64,000 bases of DNA from Nitrosopumilus sp. (GCA_965223425.1 OZ245003.1:1504001-1568000); one strand, 5' to 3'; positions 40,954-52,670 are shown, counted from the first letter of the stretch. The notes: generated from the sequence alone by a model not told the origin. A program made the numbers and translations.

Positions 40954-41793
40954 TTAAGAGGATTTTTTGATGGTTTTTTTGGCAGCCTTGGATTTTGTGG
41001 TTTTTTTGGTCTCTCTTCCAAAAAATGCCTTTCTAGCATAACAAAGATAGGTTGTATGGCCTATTCCTTGGAAAGAATGTCTTGTCTTTCCTTCTCTGGC
41101 CTCAATTGTACGTAGGATGTGTTCAGTTGATTCGATATCAGTAAACTCATTTTCGACCAGACTTGCAGTCAGTTTTTCTAGCTGGTTCATTGTGGGACAA
41201 ATTGCAAACATGGCACCACTTCCTTTGAGCATTTTTCTTACCTGAGGGATTATTATCCAAGGATCACCTAGATCAATCAAGGCAACATCAATGTCATCTA
41301 ATGGCATCTTTTTTGCAGCCTTTAAATCCAAATTATGCTGTGTAACATACTTTGAAACTCCTGCTTTTTTGATGTTTTTTTCAGCTATTTTCATAAACTT
41401 TTCATCAACATCAAAAGTGTAAACATGGCCGCGTGGTTTTACAATACTTGCTACAAAAGATGTCAACGAGCCACTTCCAGTTCCAATTTCTAAAATCTTC
41501 TGGCCACTTTCAATTCCAGCTCTTGCAACAATGTATCCGAGATCTTTCGGGTAGACAATCTGAGTACCATGTTGAATCTTCATGACATAATCAAACATTG
41601 TTGGTTTGAGAAGATAGACATACTTGTCCTTGTTTGTGGTTAATCTTGAGCCATACTCTTTTCCAACCGCATCAGAATGCTTGATTACTCCAATATGAGT
41701 ATGGAGTGATTCTTTTTTTGAAATTTTGACTAGCCATTTTTTTGAATGATTAAAGTAGAATAGTACAGGAGAGTTTTGCTTGATTTTATCCAT
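40954..41793 (-). CDS. trmI: tRNA (adenine-N1)-methyltransferase
   Basis: TQIVYPKD, EIGTGSGSLT, DLGDPW. Confidence 0.92.
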   Translation of the reverse strand: MDKIKQNSPVLFYFNHSKKWLVKISKKESLHTHIGVIKHSDAVGKEYGSRLTTNKDKYVYLLKPTMFDYVMKIQHGTQIVYPKDLGYIVARAGIESGQKILEIGTGSGSLTSFVASIVKPRGHVYTFDVDEKFMKIAEKNIKKAGVSKYVTQHNLDLKAAKKMPLDDIDVALIDLGDPWIIIPQVRKMLKGSGAMFAICPTMNQLEKLTASLVENEFTDIESTEHILRTIEAREGKTRHSFQGIGHTTYLCYARKAFFGRETKKTTKSKAAKKTIKKSS

Positions 41794-41834
41794 AGGTTTT
41801 TCCTAAAAATTTTAGATAAGAACCTATGGTTAAA

Positions 41835-41934
41835 CAGCTAAGCGAAACGTTACCACGATTAAGAAAACCACTTTTCATGTGCAGGTTCAAATCGCTGATC
41901 TGATGTCAGATTTGAGATACATTTCGCTTAGCTG
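41835..41934. mobile_element. 100-bp MITE with ISH3-like ends
   Basis: TIR CAGCTAAGCGAAA/TTTCGCTTAGCTG; 5-bp TSD TTAAA (41830-41834 and 41935-41939). Confidence 0.75.
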
Positions 41935-41980
41935 TTAAAGGGCAATACTAGAAATAATACCAAAATAACATAATAATGAA

Positions 41981-42331
41981 ATGGCAGAATTCAAGGTTCA
42001 AGGCTCTGGTGGCTACGTTATTGCTGAACTAACTGAAGAGCAGGCAAAAAAGGCAGATTTAGGTGTTGGAAAGTTGTTTTTGGCCCCAATTGGGAAATTA
42101 GAATCAGAGAAAATGCTCAAACATTATTGTAACAATTGTGAGACTGAATTTGGTAATCCACCAAAAATTCAACTAGAAGAGAGCACGGATGAGGAGGTAG
42201 CAGATAATTTGGTTTTAGTTGAGCGAGGACAGTACACTTGTGAAAAATGCAGCGGAATTATTGGGGAATACAGGGTATTCAAAAAGAATGATGAGACAGA
42301 CGAGGTAGGCCAAGCAAAACCATCTGAATAA
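41981..42331 (+). CDS. Hypothetical zinc-binding protein
   Basis: CNNC...CEKC. Confidence 0.7.
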   Translation: MAEFKVQGSGGYVIAELTEEQAKKADLGVGKLFLAPIGKLESEKMLKHYCNNCETEFGNPPKIQLEESTDEEVADNLVLVERGQYTCEKCSGIIGEYRVFKKNDETDEVGQAKPSE

Positions 42332-42355
42332 ATATAGTAGTTTTTTAGAGATGCC

Positions 42356-42493
42356 ATGGCAAATCAAAAATGCGTATCATGTGGAATAGGATTTTTCTCA
42401 CCAACAGGTTCAGACAAATGTTCCAGATGTGCAGGTAAAGAATCGCAAGGGCATGAAGGTCATGATTCCTGTGGTTGTGGACACAGCCACTAA
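42356..42493 (+). CDS. 45-aa Cys/His-rich metal-binding protein (not in ORF track)
   Basis: MANQKCVSCG...KCSRC...HEGHDSCGCGHSH. Confidence 0.7.
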   Translation: MANQKCVSCGIGFFSPTGSDKCSRCAGKESQGHEGHDSCGCGHSH

Positions 42494-42542
42494 CCTTATT
42501 TTTCTAACTAACAGAACGTTTTTTTATTTTAATTTTTAATGA

Positions 42543-42606
42543 CTGATGATCGGTTTGCACTCCAACAACCCAAGAGGCAGCCAGATTCGCGTAGTGCACT
42601 CTCTGA
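42543..42606 (+). ncRNA. Candidate box C/D-like sRNA
   Basis: CTGATGA at the 5' end, CTGA at the 3' end, GC-richer than its flanks. Confidence 0.35.
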
Positions 42607-42610
42607 GACA

Positions 42611-44494
42611 TCACATTCTATCTGGAGCAACAATCCCAAGAAGATCTAGTGATTTTTCAAGAGTAATTTTAAATGAATTCACAATACAGAGACGAGAGTT
42701 TTCTAGTGCTTCATCATCTAAATCTAAAACATGGACATGCTCATAAAATGAATTGAATGCAACTGCTAAATCATGACAATATCTGGCAATCACTTTTGGT
42801 GAAATGTTCTTAGCAGCATCACGAACTTGAATATCAAATAGACCAATTGTTTTAATCAAATCTAATTCCGGTTGCTCTTTTAGCAGAGAAAAATCAACGT
42901 CAATTGAAGGCACACGTCCAGATTTTTCCAATATTCGAGCAGATCTTGCATGCGTATATTGTATGTAGGGAGCAGTATCTCCCTCCAAACTCAGAGATTT
43001 GGTTAAATCAAACACAATAATTTTATCCAGATCTTGTTTAATCATTTCATAGCGTAGTGTTCCAACTGAAATATCATGAGCAATTCGTTCAATTTCAGTT
43101 GAATCCATTTCAGGGTGTCTCTTTTGTGTTTCCTCAGCTGTTCTCTTTTTTAACAAGTCATAAACAGAATCAGCATTAACATAGAGTCCTTTTCTTCCAG
43201 ACATTTGAGCTTGCTTTCCATCAGTTTTCAATCCCAGAACTTTGGCAGTCTCAGAACTTAGCGTAACTGATTCGTAACTAAGATGCACATATGCGTCAGA
43301 AATGGATTTGAATTTAGCCATTAATGAGGTAATGATTTTTTGTAATCGGGCTTGTCTTGAATCAATTACAGTGATTACTTTATCACCAGTAAAGTTTTGA
43401 GAAGATTCATTGGCAGAATCCAAAGTCGTTTGCCATAAAACTCGTGAATTTTGTTCTTTTTCATATTTCTGATAATGAAAAGGATCCTCAATCAATCCCA
43501 ATTTCCAGGCAGCATATGGAATGTCTTTTGCAATGTAAGTCGCAGTTCCATTGCTTCTAACAACTACCTTGTCTTCTTCTTTGTCATCTCCACGAATCAC
43601 CCAACATCCAGCATTTTTACCCTCATTTTCAAACTCAATTAGATTCATTTCTTTGATTTTCTCAAAGATTTTACTCCACAAACCCGAACGAATTATTTGA
43701 GATTCAAAATTAAGGCAGTCATAGAATACGGACAGATTCCAACATGTTTCAAGCTGATTTGCCAAAACTCTTTTTGTAATTTTATCTGCAAATACAGCAG
43801 TTTCAGAATCACCATCTTCAAGTTCTTTAAGAACATTTTTTCGAATCTCTTCCAAGCTAGAATCGGATTCATATTTTTCAGTAGTCTTGACATACACATC
43901 ATCTCCACAATAATGATCAAATTTTTTTCCATCTGGCGGTTCCTGATCAAATCCAAAATGTTTGAATCCAACTATAATATCAGCAACTTGAAGACCGGAA
44001 TCATCGACATAGTTTAAAATATTAACTTTGTAATTTGCTTTTTCTAAAATTCTAGAAATAGTATCTCCGATGATAATATTTCTAATGTGTCCTATGTGAA
44101 GAGCTTTGTTCGGATTTACACTTGTGTGCTCAACTACAACTGCAGAATTTTTTCCAATATCAACATCACCAAACTCCGGAAGATTAGATTCTGATAAAAT
44201 TAGTTGGTTTAGTTTGTCCCAGTTAGCAAAGAAGTTAAGATTGCCTGAGGGATGAGATTCGGATTTTAAAACAAGCGTATTAGAACAATTTTGATATTTT
44301 TGGGATAGCATTTGGGCAATGTCCTTAGGGCTTTTTTTGAGTTGTTTTGAAAGCAAAAATGAGATATTAGAGCTAGCATCACCGAATCCTGGTTTTGCAG
44401 GTTCGACGGAGAATGTTACATCAGATATGGAGAGATCGTCTAGAATTTTGTTGAGATTGTTTTCAATTTCATCAATAATTGATTTGAAGGTCAT
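42611..44494 (-). CDS. argS: Arginyl-tRNA synthetase
   Basis: SVNPNKALHIGH, MSGRKG, GDTAPYIQY. Confidence 0.96.
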   Translation of the reverse strand: MTFKSIIDEIENNLNKILDDLSISDVTFSVEPAKPGFGDASSNISFLLSKQLKKSPKDIAQMLSQKYQNCSNTLVLKSESHPSGNLNFFANWDKLNQLILSESNLPEFGDVDIGKNSAVVVEHTSVNPNKALHIGHIRNIIIGDTISRILEKANYKVNILNYVDDSGLQVADIIVGFKHFGFDQEPPDGKKFDHYCGDDVYVKTTEKYESDSSLEEIRKNVLKELEDGDSETAVFADKITKRVLANQLETCWNLSVFYDCLNFESQIIRSGLWSKIFEKIKEMNLIEFENEGKNAGCWVIRGDDKEEDKVVVRSNGTATYIAKDIPYAAWKLGLIEDPFHYQKYEKEQNSRVLWQTTLDSANESSQNFTGDKVITVIDSRQARLQKIITSLMAKFKSISDAYVHLSYESVTLSSETAKVLGLKTDGKQAQMSGRKGLYVNADSVYDLLKKRTAEETQKRHPEMDSTEIERIAHDISVGTLRYEMIKQDLDKIIVFDLTKSLSLEGDTAPYIQYTHARSARILEKSGRVPSIDVDFSLLKEQPELDLIKTIGLFDIQVRDAAKNISPKVIARYCHDLAVAFNSFYEHVHVLDLDDEALENSRLCIVNSFKITLEKSLDLLGIVAPDRM

Positions 44495-44495
44495 C

Positions 44496-45191
44496 TTATA
44501 TCTCAGATAATTTAGGTGCTAATTTATCTAATGCTTCAAGGACCCCATCACCGGCATTTGACGAGACAGCCATGGTAGCCTCAGATTTGACTTGATCAGA
44601 TGCATTTCCCAAAGCAATACTTGTTTTTGCCACTTTAAACAAAGGGATGTCAGTTGCACTATCTCCAATGGCAATTACATCACCCTTAGAGATAGAGAAT
44701 TTCTTCATGATTTCGCTAAACCCAAAACCCTTGTCAATTCCATGAGAATTGATGTGGTAAGCATATTGGCTGTCAGATAATTCCACATTGAGATTGTTTT
44801 CAGAAACGATCTTTCTGGCAATATCCAAATCAAATGTTCGCTCCAAAACGACTTCAGTCATTCTAGGAAAAACAGATTTTTCCTGTACGTTATCTATGCT
44901 GTTTTTAATTATTTGAAACGCATTGGTGCATTCTTCAATATTTCCCAATAGAATGTGATCATTGGAATCAAGAGTTATGCAACCACCGTTTTCACCAACA
45001 GAAATCTTTGTGGTTCCACCAAACACAGACAGCAAAAATCCTTCAACAGAAGAACGGCCGGTTACAAAAATCACATCGTGGCCCATGTTAGTTAATCGTC
45101 TTAGTGCATCAAGTGCATCTAAATGGATTCTACCGCCGCCATTTTCTGTAATTGTACCATCAATATCTACAGCAAATATCCGCTTTTTCAT
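44496..45191 (-). CDS. HAD-family phosphoglycolate phosphatase
   Basis: DIDGT, ENGG, GDSATD; start MKKRIFAVD. Confidence 0.88.
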   Translation of the reverse strand: MKKRIFAVDIDGTITENGGGRIHLDALDALRRLTNMGHDVIFVTGRSSVEGFLLSVFGGTTKISVGENGGCITLDSNDHILLGNIEECTNAFQIIKNSIDNVQEKSVFPRMTEVVLERTFDLDIARKIVSENNLNVELSDSQYAYHINSHGIDKGFGFSEIMKKFSISKGDVIAIGDSATDIPLFKVAKTSIALGNASDQVKSEATMAVSSNAGDGVLEALDKLAPKLSEI

Positions 45192-45281
45192 ACAAATTGA
45201 TTTGTAGGCCGAATAATATTTGCTACGTAAGTAAAGTAATACGGTTTTATTTGAAAAGAATGTTGCAGGAGTTGGATAAAA

Positions 45282-46391
45282 GTGGGAATTCCTGAAAAAA
45301 TCAAGGCCATTCAAGATGAAATGGCAAAAACTCAGATTAACAAAGCAACAGAGCATCACATAGGATTACTAAAAGCAAAGATTGCAAAACTGAAAAGAGA
45401 GCAAGAAGACAATATTACCAAAAAATCAGGCATGAAATCAGACGGGTTTGATGTCCGAAGAACAGGAGATGCAACTGTTGTGTTTATTGGATTGCCAAGT
45501 GTTGGAAAATCCACATTACTAAACAAAATGACAGAAGCAAAATCAGTTGTTGGTGCTTTTCAATTTACAACACTCACTGTAGTTCCAGGGATGATGGAAT
45601 ATAGAGGGGCAAAAATTCAGATGTTAGATCTTCCAGGAATCATCAAAGGGGCATCTACAGGAAAAGGATTGGGAAAGAGAATTCTCTCTGTTGCAAGAAC
45701 AGCAGATCTAGTATTGCTTATGCTAGATGTATTTCAGCCATATCATGAAGACGTATTAGTAAATGAACTAGGAAACATTGGGATTAGGCTCAACCAACTT
45801 CTCCCAAACATTACAATTGAGAAAGCTGGGATGGGAGGAATCGCAATTGCACAGCAGGTTAAACTAACAAAGATTACAGAAAAACATCTTAAAGATATTT
45901 TACATCTTTATGGAATCGTAAGTGCACGTGTTGTTGTACGAGAAGATGTTACATCAGAGCAACTATCAGATCATATTGCTGGAAATATTAGTTATTCAAA
46001 ATCACTTACAATTTTAAATAAAATTGATTTAGTGGATAAACAATTTCTAAGGGATTTGAAAAAGAAAATAAAATCAAATGTGATTGAGGTGTCTGCAAAT
46101 TCAGACATCAATATTGAATTGCTCAAAGAAAAGATCTATGAGAAACTAAAATTCATTAGAATCTATATGAGGCCAAAAGGTGGAGAAACTGATTTCAAGG
46201 AACCGTTAATTGCAAGAGAAGGAGACACAGTTGAAGATATTTGTAACAAACTGCATAGAAGGATGAGAAAAGAATTCAGATATGGTTTAGTGTGGGGCAA
46301 AAGTGTAAAGTTTGGGGGACAAAGAGTGGGTTTAAGCCATGTTTTACAAGATGAAGATGTACTAACAATCATCAAAAAAAGAGGCACATAA
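45282..46391 (+). CDS. DRG/OBG-family GTPase with TGS domain
   Basis: GLPSVGKS, FTT, DLPG, NKID. Confidence 0.95.
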   Translation: MGIPEKIKAIQDEMAKTQINKATEHHIGLLKAKIAKLKREQEDNITKKSGMKSDGFDVRRTGDATVVFIGLPSVGKSTLLNKMTEAKSVVGAFQFTTLTVVPGMMEYRGAKIQMLDLPGIIKGASTGKGLGKRILSVARTADLVLLMLDVFQPYHEDVLVNELGNIGIRLNQLLPNITIEKAGMGGIAIAQQVKLTKITEKHLKDILHLYGIVSARVVVREDVTSEQLSDHIAGNISYSKSLTILNKIDLVDKQFLRDLKKKIKSNVIEVSANSDINIELLKEKIYEKLKFIRIYMRPKGGETDFKEPLIAREGDTVEDICNKLHRRMRKEFRYGLVWGKSVKFGGQRVGLSHVLQDEDVLTIIKKRGT

Positions 46392-46400
46392 CACAAAAAA

Positions 46401-46577
46401 ATGGATCAAGAAAATGAACACAGGTGGTGCAAATTTTGTATGGCAAAAACAAAGCAAGAACTGGTTTTCCTTCCTGAAATGGCCACATACAAGCGTAGAA
46501 GGAAGTACAAATGTACTATTTGTGGTAAAACTAGCTGGTTACAAGGTAGAAGACCATCAGCAGAAAGCGTTTATTGA
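46401..46577 (+). CDS. 58-aa zinc-ribbon protein (not in ORF track)
   Basis: MDQENEHRWCKFC...YKCTICGK... Confidence 0.65.
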   Translation: MDQENEHRWCKFCMAKTKQELVFLPEMATYKRRRKYKCTICGKTSWLQGRRPSAESVY

Positions 46578-46692
46578 AAAATTTTACGATCAAAAAATTT
46601 TTTGCAAAAAAAATTACTTGATTAATTGTTATCAGTTTGTGTAACTTTCTTTAGTTTAACCACTGAAAAACCATGAAAATGTCGACACGACA

Positions 46693-46965
46693 ATGGCTAC
46701 AAAAAGAAAAAGTGCAGTAAAGCGTAAAGCCACTCCAAAGAGAAAGGCAGCTAAACGCAAAGCCACTCCAAAGAGAAAGGCAGCTAAACGCAAAGCCACT
46801 CCAAAGAGAAAGGCAGCTAAACGCAAAGCCACTCCAAAGAGAAAGGCAGCTAAACGCAAAGCCACTCCAAAGAGAAAGGCAGCTAAACGCAAAGCCACTC
46901 CAAAGAGAAAGGCAGCTAAACGCAAAGCCACTCCAAAGAGAAAGGCAGCTAAAAGAAAACGATAA
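46693..46965 (+). CDS. Histone H1-like basic repeat protein
   Basis: (KRKATPKRKAA)x7. Confidence 0.75.
   Translation: MATKRKSAVKRKATPKRKAAKRKATPKRKAAKRKATPKRKAAKRKATPKRKAAKRKATPKRKAAKRKATPKRKAAKRKATPKRKAAKRKR
46720..46950 (+). repeat. 33-bp tandem repeat, 7 copies
   Basis: AAACGCAAAGCCACTCCAAAGAGAAAGGCAGCT; six identical copies, the first slightly variant. Confidence 0.95.
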
Positions 46966-47036
46966 TCTCGTTTACAAACTAACAATCGTCATTTAGACGG
47001 CGAATTGTTTTCCTTTTTCTAAATTCTAAACTAGTG

Positions 47037-47321
47037 TTAACTAAACATTTGTCCAGGAGGTTGCGTATTAGTTCCTTTAACGGATTTTTTTTCAACTGAA
47101 AATTTTTTCTCAGGTGGAATAATGGATAATTTGATGGCAGTACTGATTGCATAATGAGGAGTGCCATCAGGATTTTTATAATTTACAGCTTTTCCAATTC
47201 TATCCAAATCAACTTTAACTTTAACTATGGTTCCATCATCTAATTGAAAAGATACAAAATCATTTTCTAATCTTTTATAATCTAACATTTCAAATTCAAT
47301 TTTATTTGGTTTTTCACTCAT
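47037..47321 (-). CDS. Hypothetical protein
   Basis: 94-aa ORF downstream of the collagen-like gene. Confidence 0.65.
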   Translation of the reverse strand: MSEKPNKIEFEMLDYKRLENDFVSFQLDDGTIVKVKVDLDRIGKAVNYKNPDGTPHYAISTAIKLSIIPPEKKFSVEKKSVKGTNTQPPGQMFS

Positions 47322-47343
47322 TGTAATTACTCATTTAACCTGC

Positions 47344-48849
<1,506 letters not shown>

Positions 48850-48936
48850 GTATTTCTGTATTTAGATCGCATGGGTCTATTCAAAATATAGCACAAATAG
48901 TGCTAGACGTACAGGATAGTATTTATCTAGATAAAA

Positions 48937-50067
48937 TTGCATTTTGAGCTAGTGAAAAAACCGTTCGGAAAAAAATCAAAGAAAGCAGATGAGGGGAAAA
49001 TAGAGAAAAAAGAAAACACCAGTCTGGTTGATTCTGATTATAATCGTAAGAAATTATTCAAAAAAGGGGTCAACCTCATGGCCGATGAAAAACTAGAAGA
49101 TGCTGTAGTAGTGTTTGAGCAAGCATTAAGAATTGATCCTGACAATGTAGAAACTTTGATGAAGCTAGGGTATGCGAGATTTCATTTAGATGATCATAAT
49201 GAAGCACTGAAAATATATGACAAAATTTTTGATATTGATGTTACAAATCCAGAAGCCTGGAATCTTAAAGGATTGGTACACTATGAGCAAAAAAATTATG
49301 CCAAAGCATTAGACTCAGTTGAAAAAGCAATTGAATCTGACCCAACATATGGAATGGCTTGGTACAACAAAGCTTGTTTCTTATCATTACTAAATCAGGT
49401 ACCTGAATCATTAGAAGCATTGAAGCGTTCAATTGAAATTGATGTCAAAAATGCCAGAAAATCAATTCGGGATGAAGATTTTAGAAATGTCAGAATAGAG
49501 GAGGGTTTCAAAAGAATTCAAGAAGTCGTGGTTTTAGAATCAGTAAGACAGGGATACCATACAATCGGTTCAATTGTTTGGACAACATTTCTGGATAAAG
49601 CTGATGCAGAAAGCGCATTACGAAAGCTGTTAGAAAAGGGACTAATCATACAAAATGAAAAACGTGATGGCTTGAGTAAGATTCCAATATATGATCTTGC
49701 ATCAAATGTTGCAGAAAAGATTGGAAAAGAAAAGAAAGGGCTGTTTGGAATTACAAGGAAAACATTACCAAAGCCGGTTAAAAATTTGAAAGAATTGAGT
49801 CAGGCTGTTCAATCTGTAAAAGAGGCAATTGATGAAGGAGACACAGAAAAAACTATGAAGGTTTTTGAAGAATTTATAGACTCAAAAAAATCAGGCGAAC
49901 AAATGATTGAAAATTTCTTTGAAGAGCACAGAGAAATAAAATTATGGAAAATCAGATTAAAAGACAGAGGGGAAGACTATCTAATTGACAACAGAGACAA
50001 GATGCTAGTATTATTTGATAACATTGAAGTAGCAATTACTAAAAAACTAAGAAGCGAAATCTCTTAA
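48937..50067 (+). CDS. TPR repeat protein
   Basis: Several TPR units (AWNLKG, AWYNKA). Confidence 0.85.
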   Translation: MHFELVKKPFGKKSKKADEGKIEKKENTSLVDSDYNRKKLFKKGVNLMADEKLEDAVVVFEQALRIDPDNVETLMKLGYARFHLDDHNEALKIYDKIFDIDVTNPEAWNLKGLVHYEQKNYAKALDSVEKAIESDPTYGMAWYNKACFLSLLNQVPESLEALKRSIEIDVKNARKSIRDEDFRNVRIEEGFKRIQEVVVLESVRQGYHTIGSIVWTTFLDKADAESALRKLLEKGLIIQNEKRDGLSKIPIYDLASNVAEKIGKEKKGLFGITRKTLPKPVKNLKELSQAVQSVKEAIDEGDTEKTMKVFEEFIDSKKSGEQMIENFFEEHREIKLWKIRLKDRGEDYLIDNRDKMLVLFDNIEVAITKKLRSEIS

Positions 50068-50865
50068 TTATTCAGCAGATAAATCCCAATAGTTTGCATC
50101 TTCTTGTTTTTCAGTTGGTTTTTGAAGATTTTTCCATTCCTTAAAGGAGCGAACGTACAACTTTGGATTGGGCAAACCCGTAGATTTTAACGCATAATAA
50201 GCCAATCCAGAGAGAGTGCCTACGCTGCCACAATAAGTAATAATCTCTGAATTTCCAGCAATACCACGGTTTTCTAATAATCGCTTCATGTCTTCTTTGG
50301 GGCGTAGAATCTTGTCATTACTTGCAAGCGTTCGATAAGGTAGGCTGATCGCGCCTGGAATATGTTGTTCCAGATAATTCAATCGTTCTCTATTATCAAT
50401 CAGGATTACATCGTCTCTTTCTTTTGCGCTTTCCAAATAATCAGATGTAGCCAAAATAGCTGGTTGCAGATTCATAGAATGCTCTTTGGCTTGTATTTCA
50501 GGGATCAGAGAATCACTTTCTAATCCCAGAGATTTCCAACTACCATAAGTGGTCTCAAGTAAAGTCACATCAGAATGGCCGAGATATTCCAATGTCCAGG
50601 CCACTCTTGATGCCAAGGCACCAAAAGTATCGTCATACACAACAACCGGAGTTTCATTATCGATGCCCATACTGCTTACAAGATTTACAACACGTTCAGG
50701 AGTATCATCAGACAAAAGATTGGCCAATGGTAGATTTACAGCAGTAGGAATATGATCTTTTTTGTAGTCATCTTTACGTCTAACATCAATTACTCTAACA
50801 CTTTTGTCTCTCACTTCTGAACGCAAAGTGTCAACATCAGTTGTCACCTTACCAGATTCTGTCAA
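50068..50865 (-). CDS. Two-domain rhodanese sulfurtransferase
   Basis: HIPTAV, HIPGA, ITYCGS; TTG start overlapping the sir stop. Confidence 0.9.
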   Translation of the reverse strand: MTESGKVTTDVDTLRSEVRDKSVRVIDVRRKDDYKKDHIPTAVNLPLANLLSDDTPERVVNLVSSMGIDNETPVVVYDDTFGALASRVAWTLEYLGHSDVTLLETTYGSWKSLGLESDSLIPEIQAKEHSMNLQPAILATSDYLESAKERDDVILIDNRERLNYLEQHIPGAISLPYRTLASNDKILRPKEDMKRLLENRGIAGNSEIITYCGSVGTLSGLAYYALKSTGLPNPKLYVRSFKEWKNLQKPTEKQEDANYWDLSAE

Positions 50866-52670
50866 GCAGCGCATTCACCCTTTCCAGTTTTTGTATGATA
50901 GCTAGTCTCACTCCCATAATCAAGGTAAAAATCGGGATCATCTTCTTTCGTTGGAGGAACAGTTAATGGCTCGACAATTTTCTTGATATCACTAATTGAT
51001 TTTATTTCAGAGTCCTCATTGCCGGTTACAACCCTATGAATCCAGGATTTGAGGGTGTCATCAGATTTTTTATTTTCTTTGAACAAGTCAATGATTTTCA
51101 GGGTTACAGGTATTACTCTTTTTGCAGGAACCCTGAGACATGTTTCTCCCAACATGGTATCACCATCAGAACGCCCGCCTAAGGACATTTGGTAATTTGC
51201 ATACATGTCTTTTCCAACACGTCCCCCACCTCCAAAGAAACCAATAGTCGCAATTCCATGTTGCCCACAGGAGTTTGGACAACCGCTTATTTTGATGGAC
51301 GAATCGCCAAGATCATCATCTTCATCAAATTTGAGTTCAAGGAATTTTCTTTGAATTTCTTTTGCCAGTCTATGTGAGTTTGTTAATGCAAGGTTACATG
51401 AGGTGGTTCCAGAACAGCCAATAGGGGCAGTCATTGTTAATGCACCAGATTTTGCCAGTCCGACCTCTAAAAGGTCAGAATATAACCGTGGCAAATCATC
51501 CTCATGTACATAGCGTATGGCAATATTTTGTACAAAACCTGCCCTTGCATGTCCTTCTGATGAGAAATCACGTACAAAACCTGCCAACGAGGCAAGCTGG
51601 CTAGCAGTGATATCACCTGCTTCAAGAGTAACAAACACAGAGCGGTAATCAGATTGTTTTTGCTTGACGGTGTTTGTCTTTAACCACCTTGCAAAGCCAT
51701 CAGGTGCAGAACTGCCACTTTCATCAGTGACTCTAATTGGTCGTTTGATTTCATTTGGAGTGTTATCAACATCAAGTTGTGCAATTACAGATTGGGTAGC
51801 ACGCACGATAGCTCTTTCCTTTAGTACCAGGTTTTGGAATTTTTCCCATCCCATATCATTTACAAGATAACGCATTCTATTTCTTGCCATATTTTTTCTA
51901 TCACCTAGTCTATCAAAGATTCTCATTACCGCAATCGAGGTGTAAAGTAGATCTTCTTCGGGGGTGAATTCTTCTAGTTGATGACCAACATATGACTTGT
52001 TTCCCAATCCCCCACCAAGAAATATTTTAAAACCTCTTTGAGTAGTTCCGTCCATTTCTCTGATCTGAGGAATTAATCCAACATCAACCATTCTCACCAT
52101 GCCATGTTTTTCACAGCATGTGAAATTGAATTTGAATTTACGTGGAAGATTTTGTGCCATTGGATTTCTTAAGAAGAATCTCGCAGTTGCTAAAGCGTAT
52201 GGAGTGGCATCAAATTTTTCATCAGAACAAACGCCAGACAAAGGGCTACACATCACATTTCTTACCGTATTTCCACATGCCTCTCTTGAAGTAAGTCCGA
52301 CTTCGGCAAGATTTCTCAGTATTTCTGAAACATCTTCAAGTATTACCCAATGAAGTTGAATGTTTTCTCTTGTGGAGAGATGAGCGCTGCCAATTGAGAA
52401 TTGTTCGCTTAGCTGAGATATTTTTTCAAGTTGATTCGGGTAAATTTCACCGGCCGGAATTTTTATTCTGACCATTGCATAGTCACCGGTCATACGTGTA
52501 CCATAAGCGCCATGTTGGAGTCTGAATCGTCTAAAACTGTCCTCATCATATTTTCCTTGACGGAATAATTTCACAGTTTTAGCAAAATTATCTGCCTCTT
52601 CAATTCTAGCCCAGTTTATTCTTGGTTTTGCAGAATCAGATGACGATTGTTTTAGATCAGATACGGTCAA
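50862..52670 (-). CDS. sir: Ferredoxin-dependent sulfite/nitrite reductase
   Basis: LPRKFK, CSGTTSC, SGCPNSCGQH. Confidence 0.9.
   Translation of the reverse strand: MTVSDLKQSSSDSAKPRINWARIEEADNFAKTVKLFRQGKYDEDSFRRFRLQHGAYGTRMTGDYAMVRIKIPAGEIYPNQLEKISQLSEQFSIGSAHLSTRENIQLHWVILEDVSEILRNLAEVGLTSREACGNTVRNVMCSPLSGVCSDEKFDATPYALATARFFLRNPMAQNLPRKFKFNFTCCEKHGMVRMVDVGLIPQIREMDGTTQRGFKIFLGGGLGNKSYVGHQLEEFTPEEDLLYTSIAVMRIFDRLGDRKNMARNRMRYLVNDMGWEKFQNLVLKERAIVRATQSVIAQLDVDNTPNEIKRPIRVTDESGSSAPDGFARWLKTNTVKQKQSDYRSVFVTLEAGDITASQLASLAGFVRDFSSEGHARAGFVQNIAIRYVHEDDLPRLYSDLLEVGLAKSGALTMTAPIGCSGTTSCNLALTNSHRLAKEIQRKFLELKFDEDDDLGDSSIKISGCPNSCGQHGIATIGFFGGGGRVGKDMYANYQMSLGGRSDGDTMLGETCLRVPAKRVIPVTLKIIDLFKENKKSDDTLKSWIHRVVTGNEDSEIKSISDIKKIVEPLTVPPTKEDDPDFYLDYGSETSYHTKTGKGECAA

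Noticed and set aside
46720-46950. CRISPR array
   Set aside because: Head-to-tail coding repeats with no spacers
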